From Candidatus Woesebacteria bacterium RIFCSPLOWO2_01_FULL_39_23 (GTDB lineage: Bacteria; Patescibacteriota; Microgenomatia; UBA8517): a DNA stretch of 64,000 nucleotides. The notes below the pieces were generated by a model that was given only the letters and a program-made list of their open reading frames with translations, was not told the DNA's origin and made no database searches. The DNA lies in NCBI GenBank assembly GCA_001793095.1, contig MGHG01000005.1, positions 6,569 to 70,568 of the forward strand, read 5' to 3'. The position numbers and the translations under genes were made by a program. Every line of letters starts with the position of its first letter. Position 1 is the stretch's first letter. Positions 8,955 through 17,973 of the stretch are shown piece by piece.

Positions 8955-9308
8955 TTATATGCCAAAAAGATGAAACCATTTCTTCCAGTTTGGATCGGGA
9001 AGGGTGTCCTCTTGCTCTTCAATTTTGGGAGCGAGTTTCCTTACAACCTCGGGTGGTGGGAGAACTACCACTATCTCCCCCTCTTTCGCTAAGCCTAATT
9101 TATCCCTTATCTGCTTCTCAATATAATCGTCGCTTTTCACCTCTTCCAACTTTTTCTCAAGATCTTTTTCCTCTTCCTCTAAAGCCTTTACTTTCTCTTC
9201 TTTTTCCTTAGTCATTCTCTTGATCTCCTGCACTCGACCTATATTCTTGTAGAATGAAAGCGCCAACGAGAGTAGCAAAAAGTAAAAAAGGAATTTTTGG
9301 AATCTCAT
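8955..9308 (-). CDS. septum formation initiator (FtsB/DivIC/FtsL-like) coiled-coil membrane protein
   Basis: 117 aa; N-terminal TM, long Glu/Lys coiled coil, IEKQIRDKLGLAKEGEIVV segment typical of FtsB/DivIC. Confidence 0.5.
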   Translation of the reverse strand: MRFQKFLFYFLLLSLALSFYKNIGRVQEIKRMTKEKEEKVKALEEEEKDLEKKLEEVKSDDYIEKQIRDKLGLAKEGEIVVVLPPPEVVRKLAPKIEEQEDTLPDPNWKKWFHLFGI

Positions 9309-9532
9309 ATTATAATTTTACAGCTCATTTCAATTTCTTAAAGCTAGGTTATTCCGAGTTCAAAGCAAGATCCAACATCATTCACCTTACATAATTCTAA
9401 CAAGAGTTTGTAATTATTCTTACATAAATAGACTTATAATGTATTGACCTCTTGTGCAAAGATGTGTTAATATACTGCCCATAAGCCTTTAAAAAAGGGT
9501 ATAGATAATTCTCAGGCTTAAGTTCTGCATAT

Positions 9533-10396
9533 ATGGTACAAGATTCCTTAAAAAGTCTGCTCCCCAAATTTATTAAGAATTTGGAAGAAAAAAAACGTTC
9601 CCCCTCTACTATACTCGCATATAGAGCAGATCTGGAACAATTGGTATCATTTCTAATAGAAAAAGGTAAAGTAACCAGTGATCAAGTTAAATCTGAAGAT
9701 ATAGAAGCCTTTAGAGATTCTCTCTTAACCCAGAAATATACCCCAAAATCCGTTTCAAGGAAGCTAAACGCAATTAAAACCTTTTTCAGATGGATTATTG
9801 ACGGCAAATTTGCAACATACGATCCTTCCTCAAACGTATCCCACCCCAAAGTCGAAATTTCTAATCCCAAGTTTTTATCTCCCCTCGAATACCGCGCTTT
9901 AAGAGATGTTGTCCGGGGTGATTTGCGAGTTGCAGCCATAATTGAGCTTATTCTCCAAACAGGACTCCGAATTTCCGAAGTATCAAACCTTAAAATTGAT
10001 GATATTAAAGATAGTAACTTAAAAGTCAGAGCATATGCGACCCAGCTCGAGCGTGTAATTCCACTTAATAATCCCGCCAAACAAGCACTAGACCAGTATC
10101 TCAAAGGTAGGCCAAAAGGAGATTCCGAATATATTTTTGTAAGTAAGAATTCAAAACCTCTGGCTATAAGAAACGTTCGCGCAGCAATTGATAGATATTT
10201 CCAAAGAGCCGAAATAGCAGGCTATTCGGTAAATGATCTGAGAACAACTTTTGTCGTTCAAAACCTTAAGGCGGGTGTCGATTTAGTCTTTTTATCTAAA
10301 GTTTCCGGCCACAGACGCCTTTCAACCACCGAGCGCTACCTCGAACTTGCTCAAATAAAAGAATCCGGCAAGAAACAAACCCTCGAAGAATTATAA
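9533..10396 (+). CDS. tyrosine site-specific recombinase (XerC/XerD-like)
   Basis: 287 aa; N-terminal core-binding ILAYRADLEQLVSFL; C-terminal catalytic R...HRRLSTTERY (R-H-R-Y) signature. Confidence 0.8.
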   Translation: MVQDSLKSLLPKFIKNLEEKKRSPSTILAYRADLEQLVSFLIEKGKVTSDQVKSEDIEAFRDSLLTQKYTPKSVSRKLNAIKTFFRWIIDGKFATYDPSSNVSHPKVEISNPKFLSPLEYRALRDVVRGDLRVAAIIELILQTGLRISEVSNLKIDDIKDSNLKVRAYATQLERVIPLNNPAKQALDQYLKGRPKGDSEYIFVSKNSKPLAIRNVRAAIDRYFQRAEIAGYSVNDLRTTFVVQNLKAGVDLVFLSKVSGHRRLSTTERYLELAQIKESGKKQTLEEL

Positions 10397-10532
10397 TATT
10401 CCAAGGTGAAGTCAGCGATTTGTAATCCTGAGTGGATCTCAGATGGTGAGCGCAGTCGAATCCCTCGAAGGAGTCGAAGGACAAACTTTGGAAGAACTAT
10501 AATCCGATAAAGTAGAGGCTTCTCCTTGCCAA

Positions 10533-10823
10533 TTAATCGCTTTCGCGTAAATCTCTAGGACGTTTTTCCTCTCTACTTAATCCAGTACCAGTCGAAGTTG
10601 GAGTAATTGGATTAGTACCTCTTCCTTGTGGTTCAGGATCAAATACACTCTTTAAGTCTGCTTCAAGTTGGTTTCTTCTGTAAGGGTTATCTCCCGCCCA
10701 ACTTTCTAATATTTTTCTTGAATCTTCAATCGGACCGAAGTTCCCACCCGTTTTAATATTTGGTATATGAATACGATAATCTACCGGAAGCTCGCCTAAC
10801 CGCTCCTTTTTTATTTCCGACAT
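10533..10823 (-). CDS. hypothetical protein with low-complexity C-terminus
   Basis: 96-aa ORF immediately upstream (same strand) of tRNA(UAU). Confidence 0.3.
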   Translation of the reverse strand: MSEIKKERLGELPVDYRIHIPNIKTGGNFGPIEDSRKILESWAGDNPYRRNQLEADLKSVFDPEPQGRGTNPITPTSTGTGLSREEKRPRDLRESD

Positions 10824-10880
10824 AATAAGTTTTTATCATCTTAATTATAACAAAAATCTCATTTTCGACATATCGAAATT

Positions 10881-10955
10881 TGGTGGAGCCGCTTGGAGTC
10901 GGACCAAGTACATCGATCTTATAAGGATCGCGTTCTGCCGGTGAACTACGGCTCC
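10881..10955 (-). tRNA. tRNA with UAU anticodon (putative tRNA-Ile decoding AUA), CCA encoded
   Basis: Minus strand: GGAGCCG TA GTTC ACCGGCA GAAC G CGATC CTTATAA GATCG ATGTA CTTGG TCCGACT CCAAG CGGCTCC A CCA. All stems are Watson-Crick, giving a 72 nt body plus CCA. Confidence 0.7.
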
Positions 10956-11034
10956 CCAAATTCCGCTATAAGCCAAGCTTGCATCTCACTACGTTCGATG
11001 TAAGAGTCGCGCTCTACCATTGAGCTACAAGCCC
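10956..11034 (-). other. tRNA-like 5' fragment fused upstream of tRNA(UAU): acceptor + D-arm + anticodon 5' stem/loop with UAC, no 3' half
   Basis: Minus strand GGGCTTG TA GCTC AATGGTA GAGC G CGACT CTTAC..., then no complementary anticodon 3' stem or T-arm. Same architecture as the fragment at 7206-7291. Confidence 0.4.
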
Positions 11035-11079
11035 AAGATTTCGCTTTATCTGAAGCTATATTATATAACAGAAGGTAAG

Positions 11080-11319
11080 TTAAAGAAACTTAATTATATC
11101 CTTGACTGCAAAGTTACGTTCCTCATTCTTTTCCAAATCTAAAGCTTTTAGAAACCATTGCTCTTTCGGATGCCACTGGGTCTTGCCATACCAAAGCTTG
11201 ACAGGTTGAACCCGCCTAATGGCTACTTCACTCTGCCAGTTGGTGTATTCGAATTTTAGGGGTATAACACGAGTCTGTTTCTTAACCATAACGTTTATAT
11301 TTACCACTAAGTAGTTCAA
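11080..11319 (-). CDS. hypothetical protein
   Basis: 79-aa ORF. Confidence 0.3.
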   Translation of the reverse strand: MNYLVVNINVMVKKQTRVIPLKFEYTNWQSEVAIRRVQPVKLWYGKTQWHPKEQWFLKALDLEKNEERNFAVKDIIKFL

Positions 11320-11351
11320 GTAGAACAGGTACTACAAGTAGAACAAGAAAA

Positions 11352-11720
11352 TTAACTTTCGATCTTGTCTTTGTAACGATATAAAAGAAATGAAACTTTA
11401 GCTCTCTGTTTATCAAATTCTTCGTACTCATCACTACTCCAGTAGTTAACCGCTTTCACCACTTCACCTTGGCTTTCAAGTTCAAGAAGGGAGCCCTCAG
11501 CTATCTCAAGATATCGAAGCTTATCTTTAATAGATCTTCTTACCCAACCCTCTGCAATTTGGCTCATTATTGAAACAGTTGCTCTTCTCATCTGAGATTT
11601 AAGTCCAAATTGCTCGCTATTCGGAAAATTCTCTGTTAACCGGTAAACTAATATTGTCAATTCCTTCGCTTCTTGCCATACAATTAAATCTCTGTACCCG
11701 GAAATATTTTTATACGTCAT
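11352..11720 (-). CDS. four-helix-bundle protein (23S rRNA intervening-sequence protein family)
   Basis: 122 aa; YRDLIVWQEAKEL...FGLKSQMRRATVSIMSQIAEG matches the conserved signature of this family. Confidence 0.7.
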   Translation of the reverse strand: MTYKNISGYRDLIVWQEAKELTILVYRLTENFPNSEQFGLKSQMRRATVSIMSQIAEGWVRRSIKDKLRYLEIAEGSLLELESQGEVVKAVNYWSSDEYEEFDKQRAKVSFLLYRYKDKIES

Positions 11721-11768
11721 ATATTATTCCTGCTCTACCTGATCTACTTGTAATACGTGTTCTACCTG

Positions 11769-14090
11769 TCAGAGCTTTGCTCTTCTTGATATTTCCGCTT
11801 CAACCAAACGCAGATCCCGTCCATAATTAAGCTTGCTCATTTCCTTTATTATGTCAGCAATTTTCGGATTATCCTTCTTCTTTTCTTTAGCAAGATCTTT
11901 AGTTACATCCATCGAAAAAGGCGGAACTGGCTCATTGTTGACCGTTGTTTTAATATAAGCATGAAACTTTTCGATATTAAGAAGATCGTCTTCTCCAAAA
12001 ACAGGGCTATACTCATGAGCCAGATAATTTGCGTCAGTTACGCCAACTCTGAAGGAAATAATAGTACCGACATTCCCGAACACCGCATTTTTCACCTCTT
12101 CTTCAACCTGACCTATAAATTGGTTGGCAACGGTTAAGTTCAGTCTGTATTTTCTTGCCTCAGAAAGAATTTGGGCAAAGTCAGGAGTAGCAAAGTTCTG
12201 GAACTCATCGACATATAAATAAAAATCGCGCCTCTGATCCTCAGGAACATCTGCCCGACTCATGGCCGCCATCAGAATCCTGGGAACCAATATGAGTCCT
12301 AAGAAACTCGAGTTTTCCTCCCCTATTTCACCTTTGGATAAATTGATGAAAAGAATTTTACCCTTATCCATTACGTCTCTGAAAGAAAATGAAGATTGGG
12401 ATTGGCCTATGATATTTCTGATCATCCTATTTGTTACAAAGCGGCCGAATTTCGAAACAATATAATCCAAAACTTCAGATTTATGGAAGTCTGCCGTTTG
12501 AGCAATTTGATCAGTCCAGTACCGTCTGATAATAGGGTCTGTTACCTTAGGCAACAGCTCCTGTACATAGCGCGCATCAGTGAGGGCTCTCATAACCTCA
12601 ACGAACGTTGCTCCCTCATCGCACATAACAGTCAACATTGCATTTCTGACAGCGTGCTCAAAGCGAGGACCGACAATACCGGTTTTATAGGGATCGAAAA
12701 GTTTATACATCATATTAATAACTGCCGTTGCTGCAAAATGCTTTTGATCTTCGGTCCTTGCCTCTAAAAGATTAAGTCCCATCGGGCGTTCGGTGTCGGC
12801 GGGATTGAAGTAAATTACGTCTTCAGCACGCTCGGGCGGAATTCTTTTTAGCAGATCCTCAATTGCATCACCGTGCGGATCCATGTAGCACAGTCCCTTC
12901 CCCTCATTAATATCCTGCATAATCATTTGCTTCTCCAGCTCGGTTTTACCGGTACCCGTCTTACCGATAATATAAATATGTCTTCTTCTGTCATCTTCCC
13001 GTATATAAACCGGCCTCCTGACGCCTCTATAGGTACTCATACCAAAATAAAGACCTTCTGACGGAATTTCCTGAGGCGCGGGTGCCGTTTTTGCGTATAC
13101 CCAATGAATATGGGGTGTTGTTATCTGTTTATTTGGGAAATGGTAAATTGTTGCAAGCTCCTCAGAATTCAAGATCGTTCGTCTATTTCCCCAAAGGTGA
13201 AACATCGGTTGATAACGGTAAATAAAATCTTCGATGAAAGCACCTTTTTGGCGGATAGTTCGACTCTTGAGATTATTTAAATCACTCGAGAGCTGGGCAA
13301 AAGTGCTGCTAATATTTGCTAAATGCGCCTTAGCTGAATTTTCATCCCTTGAAACAACAACTACCCTAACTGATGTTTCAAACCCAACCTTACTGACTTT
13401 GTTTTCGATTGCCTCTAGCGTCTTTGCAGGAACTGAAAATTTCGCTTTTTGTGGGTCCGACTCCTGTTTTTTAATATTTGATACGAAAGTTGACCCGGAT
13501 TTTTGCCATAACAAATCAACCGGTGTCAGTAGTATCTGAATTGCGGCAGACTCACCTTCACCCATTTTCGCCAATGCCGAAGTAAGCGAAGAAAGCGGAT
13601 CGGTAGCCAACTCTCTAAAAGTTTTCAAGGGGTAATAATTATCTTTCGCCAGTTGAAAAGCTTTATAAGCAACCTTCCCGTCTTCGGTAAAAATATTATA
13701 TTCCTGAACTTCGACAATATCGGCGTCTGTATAGGCTCCGTGAATCTGTTTCTCGACCAAATCCTGAAATTCTTTTGGTGTCCATATATAGAATCTGATA
13801 TCTTCTTTCTTAGCTACAATCTCAAAAGAAACATTCGGCTGGAATGAATACTTCTGCTTCCAACCTCCCTTTTTAATCGCGAAGAGGGAAGCAAACAGTT
13901 GTTCCATTGCATCGATTTTGACTTCGTTATTTTTATGGACAGCAACCTGAAGTAAAACGGAATCAACCGATCTTTCCTCCCTTCCTCTATAACGAAACTT
14001 CGTGTAAGCATAGATTGAAATCGCGGCAATTATAAAAATAAAAATCGATACAAAAAACAAAATTACAAAAATAAGATTAACGTCAATCAT
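11769..14090 (-). CDS. membrane-anchored VirD4/TraG/TraD-like type IV coupling protein ATPase (DUF87-type)
   Basis: 773 aa; N-terminal TM helix; Walker A IIGKTGTGKTE and Walker B LYVDEFQNF; TraG/TraD-like C-terminal region. Confidence 0.6.
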   Translation of the reverse strand: MIDVNLIFVILFFVSIFIFIIAAISIYAYTKFRYRGREERSVDSVLLQVAVHKNNEVKIDAMEQLFASLFAIKKGGWKQKYSFQPNVSFEIVAKKEDIRFYIWTPKEFQDLVEKQIHGAYTDADIVEVQEYNIFTEDGKVAYKAFQLAKDNYYPLKTFRELATDPLSSLTSALAKMGEGESAAIQILLTPVDLLWQKSGSTFVSNIKKQESDPQKAKFSVPAKTLEAIENKVSKVGFETSVRVVVVSRDENSAKAHLANISSTFAQLSSDLNNLKSRTIRQKGAFIEDFIYRYQPMFHLWGNRRTILNSEELATIYHFPNKQITTPHIHWVYAKTAPAPQEIPSEGLYFGMSTYRGVRRPVYIREDDRRRHIYIIGKTGTGKTELEKQMIMQDINEGKGLCYMDPHGDAIEDLLKRIPPERAEDVIYFNPADTERPMGLNLLEARTEDQKHFAATAVINMMYKLFDPYKTGIVGPRFEHAVRNAMLTVMCDEGATFVEVMRALTDARYVQELLPKVTDPIIRRYWTDQIAQTADFHKSEVLDYIVSKFGRFVTNRMIRNIIGQSQSSFSFRDVMDKGKILFINLSKGEIGEENSSFLGLILVPRILMAAMSRADVPEDQRRDFYLYVDEFQNFATPDFAQILSEARKYRLNLTVANQFIGQVEEEVKNAVFGNVGTIISFRVGVTDANYLAHEYSPVFGEDDLLNIEKFHAYIKTTVNNEPVPPFSMDVTKDLAKEKKKDNPKIADIIKEMSKLNYGRDLRLVEAEISRRAKL

Positions 14091-14424
14091 TCATGCTTCC
14101 TCCACTTTTAATCATCCGCCAGCCAAAATGAACTGCCTTTTGAATAAGTCTAATCCAAAATACTGCAAACCATGTCAAGGCATCATCGGCAGATCCTTTA
14201 GTCCAGGCAGTAAGTTGTGTTTGAGATGCCGGAATTTGAATAGTAACCTGCTGGGTTTTCGGTGTTCGAATTAAGGGTTTCCCCGAGTCATCGGTTACTT
14301 GCGCAGTAAAGTCATCACGCCGTGTTTTTACACCAAGCCCTTGTTCTACCTCCGGCGGAATCTCTGTGGGTCGCTCCGTTACTAATTCCTCCTTGGATGT
14401 AACACCCCGTTCAACATCTGCCAT
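14083..14424 (-). CDS. small membrane protein, coupled to the T4CP-like gene
   Basis: 113 aa; C-terminal hydrophobic helix (LTWFAVFWIRLIQKAVHFGW); 8-nt overlap with the upstream ATPase gene start. Confidence 0.4.
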   Translation of the reverse strand: MADVERGVTSKEELVTERPTEIPPEVEQGLGVKTRRDDFTAQVTDDSGKPLIRTPKTQQVTIQIPASQTQLTAWTKGSADDALTWFAVFWIRLIQKAVHFGWRMIKSGGSMND

Positions 14425-14496
14425 AGTAATACCATTTTAGCAAATGGCGAAATTTCTTAATAGTACCTGGAGTCATGCTGAACTTGTTTCAGCATC

Positions 14497-15045
14497 CTAT
14501 CTCTTTTTCACAATCCAAATTATTTCCTTTCCACCTTCTTGTAAATTAGCCCACCTAGCAAAAGTGTAAAGAGAATCTGATAAACGGTTAAGATAAGTTA
14601 ATATGGAAGGTTTTACCTTTCCAGACTCGGAATAAGCTACTACCTCCCTTTCCGCTCGTCTAGATAATGCTCTGGCAAATTGAAACAGTGATGCGGTTTT
14701 GGATCCGCCCGGGAGTATAAAATTTGTTAATGGTGGAATTTCTGTGTCAAGCAGATCTATAAGCTTCTCTAAATGAGTTGTTTGGCTTTTAGAAAATTTA
14801 AGATCGGATCCAGCAAGAATAGAGCCTATATTTAAAAGGTTGATCTGCATTCTTTCGATTTCTTTTTTCACCAGAGGCAAACCCTCACTAAAAGCGGAAA
14901 CGATTCCCAAATAACTATTCAATTCGTCAACGGCTCCGATTGCAGAAATAAGAGGCGCGGATTTTGGAAGTCTTACGGATTTCCCCTCAACTTTTCTATA
15001 TATTCCCGTCTCCCCCCGATCCCCTTTCTTTGTATAAATGGACAT
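14497..15045 (-). CDS. ATP:cob(I)alamin adenosyltransferase, PduO type
   Basis: 182 aa; N-terminal IYTKKGDRGETG signature of PduO/MMAB adenosyltransferases. Confidence 0.8.
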   Translation of the reverse strand: MSIYTKKGDRGETGIYRKVEGKSVRLPKSAPLISAIGAVDELNSYLGIVSAFSEGLPLVKKEIERMQINLLNIGSILAGSDLKFSKSQTTHLEKLIDLLDTEIPPLTNFILPGGSKTASLFQFARALSRRAEREVVAYSESGKVKPSILTYLNRLSDSLYTFARWANLQEGGKEIIWIVKKR

Positions 15046-15068
15046 AGGTTAAATTGTTAACAGTATAT

Positions 15069-15443
15069 TTAATCAATTTTGGGTTCGGAGTGGTGAAATT
15101 CTCGATAAATAACTTCAGCATTTCTTTTCGACTTAATCGAACCAGCTACAATCTCACCTAATACTTGCGCGTTTTCTATTTCTGTCCAGGAAAAACCCAA
15201 CTCTCGTTTCTTATGAGACATATCAAACAACTTCGAAGAATCTTCTGTTATTCTAGGGTCTGAATTTTTATAGCCTTTTACTTGCATAAAGAATTTTAAA
15301 TAATCAAGCAGCTCACGATGTATCCAACCTTTACTACTTTCCACAATATCTTTCCTGCCATTTGGAGTTACCACAACGACTTCTACCATATCTTCGCGGC
15401 GTCTCTCTATCTTTTGATGATCAAATCCGGTTTCAACTCCCAT
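15069..15443 (-). CDS. hypothetical protein
   Basis: 124-aa ORF between pduO and nrdJ; no motif recognised. Confidence 0.35.
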   Translation of the reverse strand: MGVETGFDHQKIERRREDMVEVVVVTPNGRKDIVESSKGWIHRELLDYLKFFMQVKGYKNSDPRITEDSSKLFDMSHKKRELGFSWTEIENAQVLGEIVAGSIKSKRNAEVIYREFHHSEPKID

Positions 15444-15809
15444 TTCATTTACCTCGATATATCTTATAGCTCTGAGGTTAGAAAATTGTATAACAAATCA
15501 TTAATTGAGTCAAAAGAGGTTCCTCACTCCGTTACTACCACACCCTGTAGCGTGGTAGTAAGAATTATGTGTTATCTTTATCAATTTGAAGTTCCTTTAG
15601 ACGTGGCCGAAGCCATTGTGTGGTCAAGCGTCCCCGCTAGGCAGGGCATTTCCAGAAGTTCTGGTGGTTCTGCCAGCATAACAGCTCCAGTCACATCTAA
15701 AGACCCTCAATGCAAGATATTAAGCGATCCGATATTGAGATATCAGGAGAAAATCCAATCCAATTCTCTTAATATCTTTATATCCCAATATCCTAATATC
15801 TCCGTATTG

Positions 15810-17966
15810 TTAAAGTTCGCAGGTCGAATACCCGCATTTTTTACACTTAAGACATTTTCTGTCTCTAATCAGTTTACCACTACAGTTAGGACAAATATTT
15901 ACTCCGCCGGCTGGCGGATTTTTTCTTCCCCCGAATTCAAACACTTGATCGTTCTTTGTTCTATCGCGATAAACAGTCAGTCCTTTACAACCAAGCTTCC
16001 AGGCTAGCACATAAGCTTCCTGAATATCTTTAGGAGTTGCCGAAGCGGGCATATTTATCGTTTTTGTAATCGCGTTATCTGTCCACCTCTGGAAAGCTGC
16101 CTGCATTTTTATATGATCCCTCCAATTTATATCGTGAGCCACTTTGAAAATCCGCCTAATATCGGCGGGAATTTCTTGTATATTTTGGATACTCCCATGA
16201 TGATCGATAACCATTTGTATTAATGCATCCGAATATATTCCCCGCTCTTGTAGCTTCTTCACAAAAAGAGGCACCACAGTTCGAAGATGCATGCCATCAA
16301 GTACATTTTGTTCATAGGCAAGTGCAAAATAGGGTTCAATTCCAAAAGAAGTTTCGCAGATAACGGCATTTCCGGAGCTTGGAGGAAAAGTAAGGAGAGC
16401 AACATTTCTGGGTTTTTTCGCTCTTTTTGCCCATATTGAGTCTTTGACTAAAGGAAACGGACCTTTTTCTTTAGCAAGCTTGCATGAAGCTTCAAATGCT
16501 GCCTCGTACATCGTTTTTGTTACATGCTCAGCTAAGTCAAAAGCTTCCTTGGAGTCATATGGAATTCCAAGTATCGTAAGAGCTTCAGCCCATCCGACAC
16601 AGCCAATTCCTATTCTTCTGTGCGCTCTCACCGATTCAGTGACCTCCGTAACCGGAAACCATGAGGCGTCAATCACGTTATCCATTAATCTCGTGGCAAT
16701 TACCATAACGCTTGTCAATTTGTCAAAATCGAAGGTACGAGCTTCAGGATTGACAAACTTAACGAAATTAACATACCCCAAATTACATGATTCATAAGGA
16801 TACTGGGGAATCTCACCGCACACATTAGTAGCTAATATCGGACCTTTTTTGGCCAATAACGGATTCCCGAATTGCGTGCCTTTATTAATTGCTGAAAGAT
16901 TAAGTATTCCCGGATCTCCTGTTTGCCAAGCCATCGTTGCCATGAGCTCCAAAATCGAGCTTGCCTTGACAGTATTTACTACCTCGTTAGTTCTTGGGTT
17001 AACTAGTTTCCAGTCTTTGCCCTTCAATGCAGCTTGCATAAAAGCATCGGTAATACCGACCGAGATATTGGTTTTACTTAAATAGCCGTCATTTTGTTTT
17101 GCTGCAATAAAATTAAAGATATCCGCATGGTCAGCGTTGAGAACCGCCATATTGCCGGATTCATATCTGCCCTCCTGACGGAAAAGCGACGTCATCAAGT
17201 CAAACATCTCGATTATCTTAACCGGTCCTGCTGCAAGATCCGGAATACCCCCTACAACATCCCCCTCAGGTCTGACATTAGAAAAGTTGTAGCCGCATCC
17301 TCCGCCATGTTTTTTAATAAGAGTCGATTGATGGAGAATCTTAAAAATAAAATTAATATCATCTTCCACCGGCCAGACAAAACAATTCCCGAGCTGAGCG
17401 GCCTTCTTGCCTGCATTTGCCAGAGGCCTGGTTCCCGGGTGGAATTCAAAATTTATCATGACATCATAAAATTTCTTGTACCACATATCCTGATTTTTCT
17501 TACCCTTTTCAACACTTGCTAAAAATCTGGCAACTCTGTCAAACATTCCGCCGGGAGTTTCGATAATTTCTCCCTTTTCATTTCTACTGAGGTATCTTTG
17601 CTTTAATATGTATAACGTATTATAGGAAAGCCCAATATCGTCTTTTACTCCAAGAGATTCCTTATCCTGCCGGGCGTGTTTCTTATTCTCACGAAAGCGG
17701 ATAAACTCCTTGGCAGTTTTTGCGTGACCTCGTTCAATCAAGACTTTTTCTACAAGCTCGCCAATTTCAGTCGTTTTAATACTTTCACCATTCGGATATC
17801 TTATCTCTAAAGTCTCCTTTACCAATTCTCCCAACTCGAGTGCCAAGTTTTTATCATTACCGCCTACTTTTTGCGCAGCCATCCAAATACTTTCCGTGAT
17901 CTTCTCAACTGAAAACATTTCCTTCTGACCGGAAAGTTTAATTACCTTTTTTGCAGTTTGCGTCAT
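15810..17966 (-). CDS. nrdJ: ribonucleoside reductase class II (adenosylcobalamin-dependent) with N-terminal ATP-cone and C-terminal zinc ribbon
   Basis: ATP-cone region VIKLSGQKEMFSVEKI; active-site NVCGEIPQYPYESCNLG (NxCGE family motif); C-terminal CPNCSGK...CLKCKKCGYSTC. The ORF is listed to 18125, but M54 at 17966 avoids overlap with the upstream nrdJ. Confidence 0.85.
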   Translation of the reverse strand: MTQTAKKVIKLSGQKEMFSVEKITESIWMAAQKVGGNDKNLALELGELVKETLEIRYPNGESIKTTEIGELVEKVLIERGHAKTAKEFIRFRENKKHARQDKESLGVKDDIGLSYNTLYILKQRYLSRNEKGEIIETPGGMFDRVARFLASVEKGKKNQDMWYKKFYDVMINFEFHPGTRPLANAGKKAAQLGNCFVWPVEDDINFIFKILHQSTLIKKHGGGCGYNFSNVRPEGDVVGGIPDLAAGPVKIIEMFDLMTSLFRQEGRYESGNMAVLNADHADIFNFIAAKQNDGYLSKTNISVGITDAFMQAALKGKDWKLVNPRTNEVVNTVKASSILELMATMAWQTGDPGILNLSAINKGTQFGNPLLAKKGPILATNVCGEIPQYPYESCNLGYVNFVKFVNPEARTFDFDKLTSVMVIATRLMDNVIDASWFPVTEVTESVRAHRRIGIGCVGWAEALTILGIPYDSKEAFDLAEHVTKTMYEAAFEASCKLAKEKGPFPLVKDSIWAKRAKKPRNVALLTFPPSSGNAVICETSFGIEPYFALAYEQNVLDGMHLRTVVPLFVKKLQERGIYSDALIQMVIDHHGSIQNIQEIPADIRRIFKVAHDINWRDHIKMQAAFQRWTDNAITKTINMPASATPKDIQEAYVLAWKLGCKGLTVYRDRTKNDQVFEFGGRKNPPAGGVNICPNCSGKLIRDRKCLKCKKCGYSTCEL

Positions 17967-17973
17967 GATGGTA

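Noticed and set aside
9533-10396. Integrase marking a genomic island inserted at ssrA
   Set aside because: The N-terminal core-binding domain looks like housekeeping XerC/D and is adjacent to ftsB. No direct repeat of the tmRNA 3' end was found downstream; only weak GTCGAATCC similarity at 10450.
15318-16007. 229-aa plus-strand ORF
   Set aside because: Overlaps the C-terminal part of nrdJ on the opposite strand; Ser/Ile-rich junk composition.
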